DNA of 29,679 nucleotides from an archaeon (lineage in GTDB: Archaea; Asgardarchaeota; Thorarchaeia; Thorarchaeales; Thorarchaeaceae): assembly GCA_024276825.1 (NCBI GenBank), contig JAJRWI010000039.1, positions 1 to 29,679 on the forward strand, given 5' to 3'. Numbering within the stretch: the first letter of the stretch is position 1; every line of letters begins with the position of its first letter. Under the pieces are notes generated by a model that searched no databases, had not been told where the DNA came from, and saw only the letters and a program-made list of their open reading frames with translations. Position numbers and translations under genes: made by a program. Shown here piece by piece: positions 19,131 to 26,551 of the stretch.

Positions 19131-20381
19131 ATGGGACTTCAAGTTGTTCTTTTCATTTCACCAATATCACATAGCAGAATAAAAGAGGAGATAATGGAAA
19201 GAGCCAAGGTTCTCAATCTATGTGTGGTCTCGCCAGAAGAGTTCAGGAAGAATGCGTTTCTTGAGCAAACATTGGAAAGCAAGATAGTACCGATATTTGT
19301 TGGTACTGGAGGGACGGAGAATCTAATTATTGATTTTATTCGATATAATGATATTCATGAGAGAGTTCTTTTAATAACTATCGAGGACAACAACTCTCTG
19401 CCCGCTGCACTTGAGACTCGTTCATATCTTGAAAGGCACGGATATGATGTCAATATTATTCACCTTTCAGAAAACGCACTGAATTCATTGCAAGATGAGA
19501 GTATCAAAACTGTTTTACAAAAGATTGCAAAAGCCCGAATCGGTGTCGTGGGGAATCCCTCATCATGGCTTGTGGCTTTGGAAGTGGACTATCAAGCAAT
19601 AGCCAAAATGTGGGGGCTGGAGTTGGTCAATTACGATATTAGCAGTCTTATGGCCCGAATGGCTGCAAGGCCATCTGAGGAGTTTACACCAAACTATGAG
19701 AGATTTCTATCTCAAGCAAGGACTGTTAATGTTTCTTCAGACTCTGTTTCTCAGGCAGTATCGTTTACCGAGGTTCTGGACAGGTTTGTGAGAAGCGAGT
19801 GCTTGGATGCTGTGACTATGGAGTGCTTTAGGCTCTTGATGGAAACAGGCGTTTCAGGTTGCCATGCTCTTTCATATATCAACTCAACTGGTCTTACTGC
19901 GGGTTGTGAGGGAGACATCCCTTCAACATTCACAATGCTCTTAGCAAGAATGATCACGGGTCAGGATTCATTCATGGCAAATGTTGTATCTCTAGATATT
20001 GATCAAAACACGGTCGTTTTTGCACATTGCACCGTTCCGACTTCAATTGTTAAAGAGTATGATATCATGACTCACTTTGAAACTGGACAGAGTGTAGCTA
20101 TTCGTGGGCGTTTCAGCAATGAAGATGTCACTGTGTTCAAAGTCTTTGGGCGTGATCTCTCAAAATGGTGGGTGGCAGAAGGCAAGATTATTGACAACCT
20201 GTCAAATGAGAGAGCTTGCAGGACTCAGATCAAAGTATTGCTAGAAGAGTCTGTTGAATATTTCCTTTCGAGATCACTGGCAAATCATCACGTTATAATT
20301 CCGGGAAGGCACAAGAAGGATATCATTAGAGTGATGAGTGTCAACAAGATTGCCAGATCTCTCAATCTATTCAAAAGATAG
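19131..20381 (+). CDS. L-fucose/L-arabinose isomerase-like protein
   Basis: GTGGTE, NSLPAALE, AGCEGD, FAHCTVP, THFETG, CRTQ and NHHVI match the uncharacterised FucI-C-like family. Substrate unknown. Confidence 0.72.
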   Translation: MGLQVVLFISPISHSRIKEEIMERAKVLNLCVVSPEEFRKNAFLEQTLESKIVPIFVGTGGTENLIIDFIRYNDIHERVLLITIEDNNSLPAALETRSYLERHGYDVNIIHLSENALNSLQDESIKTVLQKIAKARIGVVGNPSSWLVALEVDYQAIAKMWGLELVNYDISSLMARMAARPSEEFTPNYERFLSQARTVNVSSDSVSQAVSFTEVLDRFVRSECLDAVTMECFRLLMETGVSGCHALSYINSTGLTAGCEGDIPSTFTMLLARMITGQDSFMANVVSLDIDQNTVVFAHCTVPTSIVKEYDIMTHFETGQSVAIRGRFSNEDVTVFKVFGRDLSKWWVAEGKIIDNLSNERACRTQIKVLLEESVEYFLSRSLANHHVIIPGRHKKDIIRVMSVNKIARSLNLFKR

Positions 20382-20485
20382 CATTTCTCAATAGTAATGT
20401 CGATACCGCGAAATCTTCGAATGGTGACAACACATTAATGTCAATATATGAATTGAAATGCAACCAATTATGAGGGAGAGAGATC

Positions 20486-22102
20486 ATGGAGCCAGATGAA
20501 CAGGGTTCTGGACCCAAGTCTAGTTTTGATAGAGAGATGTACATGGAGATCTTGCGTGATGAACCACCACTCAGAAGATATGTATCGAGAGGCGACACTC
20601 CCGATCAGGTTGATATTCCAGGTCCTCATCTTGTTGCTGACAGAGCAATCTTCAGAGCTGTGAGGTTCACTATGCAAGATGGAACACCACGACTACAGCC
20701 TGTACTTGGCAGTGCGGGGATGGGCAAGACTCACCTTTACTGGGTAATTAAGGAGCATGAAGAGATTTTTTCCAAAGGAAAATTCACTGCAATTTACGTG
20801 CCATCACCACCAGCTCCAGTAAGAATCCCACTGCATTTTCATGCCTGCATAGTTGATGAGATGGGTGAAGAACTGTTTGAGCAGACGGTGGACTATCTAA
20901 TCACAAGATTTGGTGGATTAAAGGGTGTCACCCATGAGATATATGATTATACTTATGCTTTGGAGCGTCTGTTAGTGGACTACCCAGGCATCTCGTCAGA
21001 TGTGGTCAAGGTTCTTCTCAGATATCGCCTTGATCCGCCAACAAGAGAGCTTGCAAGACGTTGGCTTCTGGGAGATGCACTTAGCGATGATGAAACCGCC
21101 AAGTTAGAGGTGAGGACTGTCCTTGAGGATGATGATGTTGTTCTTGCAACATTGAAGTTGCTTGCTGAGGGGTCAGAGCGTCCAATGGTTCTCTTTATCG
21201 ATGAAATGGAGGGTCCCTATAATAGTCATGGAGAGGAAGGAGAGAGATACTTTCTGGAGGTTCTCAAGAGGATATACAATGAGTGCAAAAATATTGTGAT
21301 CATTGCCTCTTGCTTGACAGAAATCTGGGACAGAATATACGAGATTGCAGATGCACCCATGAAATCACGAATGGAGCCTCCAGTTGCACTCAGACATTTT
21401 ACAAAAGAAGACATTGCATCATTCGTCAAGGAAACTATGATCAGATATTGGAAATCACAGAATATTGAGGCACCGCCAGACCCTCTATTTCCATTTACAG
21501 AGTCGGACATAGAGGACGCATTCAATCATTCTCAAGGAGTGCCAAGAGAAGCCATTCGTTTCTTGATTCCTCGTTTGGATAACATTCTATTCGAAACTCC
21601 AGTCAAAGAGGTTGAAGCTCAGGCAGATTATGTGATCAAGCTCACACCAACAGTAGTTCTGGGTGCTGTTGTGTCTGCTCTAACAATAATGGCGGGAACG
21701 ATGAGTATGGAGGCAAATCTACTGATGGCATCTGGAGGGACTCAAAAGCAGAGCGCAGCAATTATTGTGCTTAACAAGGCTGATTCCTCTTTCAACATTG
21801 GAATTGATGTTCCAAATGTCAAGGACTGGAATAGAAGTGGGGGTGTTGCCGCATATTATTCTGCAAAACGCCTTAAGAAAGCAATAGAGTCAGGTGAAGT
21901 AGCATTCTCAGTGATAGCAGTCCCAGAGAATACTAAAGGAACGAAATTTGAAGTAATAAGAAAAGACATGAAGGACAAATTGGCAGTCCTTCAATTGAAT
22001 GAGAAGACAGCCACAACACTTGTTGAAGCAACAAACAGTGGTACTGTTCCAGATGAACTGAGGGAGTTCTTCAAGGAACTCTTGATACTAGCATCAAGCT
22101 GA
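20486..22102 (+). CDS. AAA+ family P-loop ATPase with an extra C-terminal domain
   Basis: Walker A GSAGMGKT, Walker B VLFIDEME, putative Arg finger KSRM, lid motif GVPRE and ARRWLLG (a WLxG helix as in BrxD-like ATPases). Confidence 0.75.
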   Translation: MEPDEQGSGPKSSFDREMYMEILRDEPPLRRYVSRGDTPDQVDIPGPHLVADRAIFRAVRFTMQDGTPRLQPVLGSAGMGKTHLYWVIKEHEEIFSKGKFTAIYVPSPPAPVRIPLHFHACIVDEMGEELFEQTVDYLITRFGGLKGVTHEIYDYTYALERLLVDYPGISSDVVKVLLRYRLDPPTRELARRWLLGDALSDDETAKLEVRTVLEDDDVVLATLKLLAEGSERPMVLFIDEMEGPYNSHGEEGERYFLEVLKRIYNECKNIVIIASCLTEIWDRIYEIADAPMKSRMEPPVALRHFTKEDIASFVKETMIRYWKSQNIEAPPDPLFPFTESDIEDAFNHSQGVPREAIRFLIPRLDNILFETPVKEVEAQADYVIKLTPTVVLGAVVSALTIMAGTMSMEANLLMASGGTQKQSAAIIVLNKADSSFNIGIDVPNVKDWNRSGGVAAYYSAKRLKKAIESGEVAFSVIAVPENTKGTKFEVIRKDMKDKLAVLQLNEKTATTLVEATNSGTVPDELREFFKELLILASS

Positions 22103-22114
22103 GTGTGACAAATG

Positions 22115-23209
22115 TCAGACTGGTGAGAATTCCTTCTCTTCAATAACAACAGGCATCAGAGGTTTCATTTCTGCATCATTAAAGCAGGCCTCTATTCTAC
22201 TAATCCTAATTCGCTTGGCAGAAAAAGGCTCAGTTGGCTCCAGCCATAGATCAATCATCTGAGAGTCCTGACCAGGAGCAACGATGCTATCAAATGACCA
22301 GAGCATGCCAGCAAGCAAATTGGTTTCAGTTTCGGGAATTTCTATGGTTATCTTCAGATTTGTTGCAGGTCCTTTGCCCGCATTGTGAGCCCAGATCTTG
22401 ACATGAAAGCGGCAGTTCTCTCGTTCGATTTCGTCAGCATTCATCATTACTTTGATGTCAGGGGGCATTGTTCTCACGGTCAAAGGGACCGAAATGCTGT
22501 GAGTTATTGCTCGTTCATCGCTATGTCGAACTAGGTATTCTATTGTGATAGAGTGCTTGCCGGGATCCTTCGGCGTCAGAAAGGTCTCAACTGACACAGT
22601 ACTGTTCGAGTCCACATTCAAAATAGGCTCTATCCTTTCGCAATAGCATGCACTTGCTCGAATCCGGGGTTCTATGCTTCTTACTGGTTTGTTCAGTCTA
22701 TTGTGGAACTCAAGTCTGAAAGGTGTCCTGACCAGTGTGGGGGTTATTTCAGGGGAAACCACATGAAGTGTTACTTCAGGCGTTTTCGACCTTGCAGTTA
22801 CACGCAGCTTGTTGGACCGAATTGTCTGAATTTTATCATCATCGAAACGAGCATCTAATTCAAGAGGTCCAATGACATAATCTCCTGGGCTTTTCACCCT
22901 CAGCATGTAAAGCATTTTCAAACGTTGTGCGGCAATTAGACCACTAGGGGGCTCATCTGGAATCACCCGCTCAATCTCAATATTCTTGGGAATCAGAAGT
23001 CTCATGTCAACAATCTCAAAACTCTCGTAAGGAATGATCAGAGCCCGAATGAACAAAGGACTATCACTGAGTTCAATTGTGCCGATTTCAGGTAGGATAA
23101 TATTACAAACGGGAGGCCCTTTACATGAAACTACATGCTGTTGGTAAGCAGTTGAAGAGAATAGCCTACCACATTTTCTACATCGGATTACATGCTGTGA
23201 GTTAGGCAT
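22115..23209 (-). CDS. Hypothetical protein: C2HC zinc finger plus about three Ig-like beta-sandwich domains
   Basis: CRKC-X11-H-X3-C, then beta-rich repeats (PGDYVIGPLEL, PGKHSITIEY, NAGKGPATNLKITI) like BatD/CARDB Ig folds. No signal peptide. ATG 23209 has an AGGTG SD. Confidence 0.55.
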   Translation of the reverse strand: MPNSQHVIRCRKCGRLFSSTAYQQHVVSCKGPPVCNIILPEIGTIELSDSPLFIRALIIPYESFEIVDMRLLIPKNIEIERVIPDEPPSGLIAAQRLKMLYMLRVKSPGDYVIGPLELDARFDDDKIQTIRSNKLRVTARSKTPEVTLHVVSPEITPTLVRTPFRLEFHNRLNKPVRSIEPRIRASACYCERIEPILNVDSNSTVSVETFLTPKDPGKHSITIEYLVRHSDERAITHSISVPLTVRTMPPDIKVMMNADEIERENCRFHVKIWAHNAGKGPATNLKITIEIPETETNLLAGMLWSFDSIVAPGQDSQMIDLWLEPTEPFSAKRIRISRIEACFNDAEMKPLMPVVIEEKEFSPV

Positions 23210-23351
23210 TCTTTGCACCTATGAGGCAGATTGTAAACTATCTTTTACTTAAGTTATTACTGTATTCAGCAGCAAGCCTGCAGAAAAATGTAAATGTGTA
23301 GAAAGTTCACCTGAAACTTGCTGTTATAGCCTATGAGAGGTGAAGCCGAAG

Positions 23352-23522
23352 ATGACAGTTACAATTAAGATGCTCAGGGACAAAGAAACGAAGAATTATG
23401 TAAAGTTTAAGATTGAAGAGAATGAACACATTGAGGATTTCCAGAAAGGCATCTATATCAAGAAGGGTAGTGAGCTAGCAAGTGCGAGATCAATTATTCT
23501 CACATTGGAGATTGAAGAATGA
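23352..23522 (+). CDS. Small beta-rich hypothetical protein
   Basis: Strong GAGGTG SD before ATG 23352. Sequence pattern KETKNYVKF...GIYIKK...IILTLE. Confidence 0.6.
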   Translation: MTVTIKMLRDKETKNYVKFKIEENEHIEDFQKGIYIKKGSELASARSIILTLEIEE

Positions 23523-23622
23523 TGACTTGTTTTTGAATGCTCGTCTGCTTATTTTTTACGAGTTTAAGTACCAGAATGGCGCATATGTTGTTGAACCAAC
23601 TCAAGGGAGGGCCGAAAGAATT

Positions 23623-23898
23623 ATGCAAGTTGAAGTCGTTCGAGAGTGTTTTCCTGCATCGGTCATTGAACATGATTTGAGGATACGTCTTGCAGCCTTT
23701 CCATTTGATGCGCACTCGTGGTATTTGCTTGGTTGCCATCTGATGAAGGAACATCGATTAGAAGACGCCCGTACTGCGCTTGAGACCGCGGTTGATTTGC
23801 GGCCAAGCATAACAGTGTTCAGGATGAGACTTGCTCTGCTCTATGAGATACTTAGCTTGAATAAGCGGGCCAAGCAGCAACATGAGAAGTGCAATTGA
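23623..23898 (+). CDS. Small tetratricopeptide-repeat protein
   Basis: PFDAHSWYLLGCHLMKEHRLEDARTALETAVDLRP is a canonical TPR, followed by a second partial repeat. The ORF is open from 23482; ATG 23623 has GGGAGG upstream. Confidence 0.65.
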   Translation: MQVEVVRECFPASVIEHDLRIRLAAFPFDAHSWYLLGCHLMKEHRLEDARTALETAVDLRPSITVFRMRLALLYEILSLNKRAKQQHEKCN

Positions 23899-24597
23899 TT
23901 AAAACTTGAGGATATCATCTAGTAATGTTTCACTAAGAGAACTTGCATCAATACCGCCGTTTTCATGAAGTAGTTCAACTGAGTGGAATGTGTACTTTAC
24001 TTTTCTCTTCTTAATAAAACCAAGAGTTTCTGGAATGACTCCTGACACATTTAGGCCCAAAGCATGGTCATTGAAGCCAGTCTTTCTTGCATTGGGGGCA
24101 ATGAAAATGATCTTCTTGACCTTCTTAAAGAACTTCCACCAAGGCTTAAACCATTTAATCAGCGGCAGAGCAATTGTCTTTAATGAAGACTCAAAGGCCT
24201 TTTGATTGAATCCAGGCAAATCGCTTTCAGGTGCGCCTAGAAGTTTTAGCTGTTTAGGAATTTCTGACACTCGCAAAAAAATCACTGCACGATCAGATTT
24301 GGCAATGCATCTACCGACATCATTGGATTGAGTGAGAAAGTGATTGTGGGTATAAACCGATTCTATCAAGCGGATTTTTTTCTTTTTATAGTGGACGGTT
24401 GCAAAGTAATCTCTTGACAGGTTCCTGATTGCCTGGGGTTTCTCTGCCAGCGCTGCATCAATAATATGACCATAGAGTGGATGCAGTGGATCGATCTGCC
24501 CCAGATCACTTTTCTCAAGAGCTATTGTCATTGCTGCGATAAAGAGTGATCGTGTGCTACCATCCTGTCCTACAAACACCAGTTCCTTTGGCATCAA
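23899..24597 (-). CDS. Inactive (pseudo-)GTPase, paralogue of the two adjacent GTPases
   Basis: Colinear with the 25598 protein (VFVGQDGSTRSLFIAA vs ALIGNPGVGKTTFLIAA; PLYGHIIDAALAEKP vs PEYGTLVDLLISGKP; matching C-terminus), but lacks GKT, DxxG and TK. Confidence 0.68.
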   Translation of the reverse strand: MMPKELVFVGQDGSTRSLFIAAMTIALEKSDLGQIDPLHPLYGHIIDAALAEKPQAIRNLSRDYFATVHYKKKKIRLIESVYTHNHFLTQSNDVGRCIAKSDRAVIFLRVSEIPKQLKLLGAPESDLPGFNQKAFESSLKTIALPLIKWFKPWWKFFKKVKKIIFIAPNARKTGFNDHALGLNVSGVIPETLGFIKKRKVKYTFHSVELLHENGGIDASSLSETLLDDILKF

Positions 24598-24627
24598 TAT
24601 TCTACTCCAACAATGCGAAATTCAAGA

Positions 24628-25578
24628 CTAGTCATCTTTCAGATTCTTCAGCTTCTCAATTCTCTCAAAAGCATCTACGAGTGCGCGTGTGTAGTCATTT
24701 ATGTCCTCAATCTTCTTCTTCCCATGCAATCGAAGTAATTGGTGAATAGTCACTACATGATCATGTTTGTTTAACCCAATCCATGGTTCATCTAATAGTT
24801 CATTGAATATGGTTTCAACAGAATCTAACACTTTATTCTTGGTGAGCAATTCCTCCTTTCGTAGATTAATGAGTGCAGCCTTCTGTTTCTTCAATTGATT
24901 CTTGTCATCCTTGTCAAGCTCCAGCCCATCATGTGGAACTGGAAAGCCGCGGATTCTTGTCCATACCTCGGATGGATCAAAGCTATCAACAGAGGATACA
25001 AAGGTGAGTTTGTCCTTCAAACGTGGGCCAATAACCATGTAGGTCACTTTTAGAAAGTCCAGAAACTCCTGTATATTTCCCTTCTCATAGAAAATGTATG
25101 TCACTGGACTTTTTATGACGGCAGACACGCCTTCTAGGATAAAGTCACGATCATACTTGTTTATTCTCTTCACCCATGATTTCCAAATAGTATCATCAGC
25201 AAGCATCATGAAGGAAGCATTGACAATTGATTCCAGTGCAATCTGGTTGATGTTAGACCCAGCCTTCACCATGTTGCTAAGTGCTTCCAATGAGCTGATG
25301 GGGTTTGCAAGAAAGCCTAGTTCATCACTAAGGATAACATGAGATAATGTGTTTTCTCTTCCTTCATGATCCCTCTCGCCGCGAACAGTTATTGCTATTG
25401 CAAAATGATCCTCGTCGGCCCAGAATCCAGAGAAGACTTTGAGCAGGGGGTCACGAAACCAGCCAGATGGCAAGTCCTTGGGTGTCGACTTCATAGCGAT
25501 AATACTTCTGAGCTCATCACTCACTTCGCCCAAGACCGCAGGGTTCTGCTGGAATGGAACATAGAGGTATGCTTTCAT
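24628..25578 (-). CDS. GTPase-associated protein (GAP1-N2/GAP1-M-like, possibly DENN-like architecture)
   Basis: N-terminal beta-rich domain with RDHEGRENTLSHVIL, resembling the D-x-x-G-R...H motif of GAP1-N2. Middle alpha/beta domain ends in PRLKDKLTFVS. It sits between GTPase genes with 19- and 30-nt gaps. Confidence 0.55.
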   Translation of the reverse strand: MKAYLYVPFQQNPAVLGEVSDELRSIIAMKSTPKDLPSGWFRDPLLKVFSGFWADEDHFAIAITVRGERDHEGRENTLSHVILSDELGFLANPISSLEALSNMVKAGSNINQIALESIVNASFMMLADDTIWKSWVKRINKYDRDFILEGVSAVIKSPVTYIFYEKGNIQEFLDFLKVTYMVIGPRLKDKLTFVSSVDSFDPSEVWTRIRGFPVPHDGLELDKDDKNQLKKQKAALINLRKEELLTKNKVLDSVETIFNELLDEPWIGLNKHDHVVTIHQLLRLHGKKKIEDINDYTRALVDAFERIEKLKNLKDD

Positions 25579-25597
25579 AGATTTATCATCTCCATCA

Positions 25598-26311
25598 TTA
25601 TTTCTTCACCTTGCAGACAACAGATAATGCATCGAAAAAGATGGGCTCAAACCCCTCTGGGTCAAGCTTTCCATCTTTTCCTCTACTGTCTATCTCAAAC
25701 ATGTTAATCATAACACCCCTCTCTTTGGCCATATTCAGAAGAGGTGTTAGCTGTTCTTCAAAGAGAGTGATCATGTCGTCAAAATAATGACTATGAAGAT
25801 TACTTTTTGTGAACACAAAACCAAAATATTTGATATCACGTTCATTTCGGAGGATGTATCTGATTGCCCTGTCAATAGGTTCTATCTGTCCAGCAAGAGA
25901 GTGTGCGAAATTTTCACTCAATGATGGATCTAGAAGAAATAGGGCTGCAAATGCGTCTTTCACTGCTTCCTGAAAGTTATAGGTTGCTGCGCGATAGTCC
26001 TGTCCAGACATGTCAATGATCTTGAAAGTAATCTTTCCAAAGACCCCAGTCTTCAACTCAACTCCTTTATAGGAAACATTGCTAAACTCCAATGCATATT
26101 CAGCAATTCTAAGAGTTGGAGAGAGGGGTTTTCCAGAGATCAAGAGATCAACAAGGGTGCCATATTCTGGGGGGAGCTCCTTGAACTTTATTCGTGCCCA
26201 CCCTATTTTGTCAAGATAGTGAATAGCAGCAATGAGGAATGTAGTCTTGCCTACTCCAGGGTTTCCAATGAGGGCAATCCCCTTGCCAGAAGCTGTTAGA
26301 CTAGAGATCAT
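25598..26311 (-). CDS. TRAFAC-clade GTPase (paralogue A)
   Basis: G1 GNPGVGKT, G2 SPT, G3 DMSG, G4-like TKSN and G5-like DSRG. Confidence 0.8.
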   Translation of the reverse strand: MISSLTASGKGIALIGNPGVGKTTFLIAAIHYLDKIGWARIKFKELPPEYGTLVDLLISGKPLSPTLRIAEYALEFSNVSYKGVELKTGVFGKITFKIIDMSGQDYRAATYNFQEAVKDAFAALFLLDPSLSENFAHSLAGQIEPIDRAIRYILRNERDIKYFGFVFTKSNLHSHYFDDMITLFEEQLTPLLNMAKERGVMINMFEIDSRGKDGKLDPEGFEPIFFDALSVVCKVKK

Positions 26312-26428
26312 TTATTGCACCATGCGCTGTTGTCTGACTGTTTCCCCTTCTAATCAGTCGCTGCTTATTGGAATCTGATTCCATAAACTCGATTCTCACC
26401 CAAGCAAATAAAGGTTACTTGAACAATT

Positions 26429-26487
26429 CAATAATGGCGATATTCATGAGTTTGAATGAAATCAAGCTGCAATAATCTCGATATTAT
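26429..26487. promoter_or_regulatory. Repeated, semi-palindromic motif in the divergent GTPase promoter region
   Basis: CAATAATGGCGATATT (26429-26444) and CAATAATCTCGATATT (26470-26485) are 14/16 identical. ATAATCTCGATATTAT (26472-26487) is a 14/16 palindrome. Confidence 0.5.
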
Positions 26488-26551
26488 CTATATGGAGAAA
26501 TCTTAAATTCATGAAAAAGAAACTGAGCCTGAACATGGGGTGCATTAGAAC

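Noticed and set aside
20486-22102. BREX system or Orc1/Cdc6 replication origin
   Set aside because: No other brx/pgl genes, no recognisable C-terminal winged helix and no ORB repeats nearby.
25598-25625. C-terminal CKVKK of GTPase A as a CaaX prenylation signal served by the prenyltransferase-like and Ste24-like genes
   Set aside because: The Cys is at -5 and is not followed by aliphatic residues. The prenyltransferase-like protein appears exported and lacks Zn ligands, and the M48-like protein lacks HExxH.
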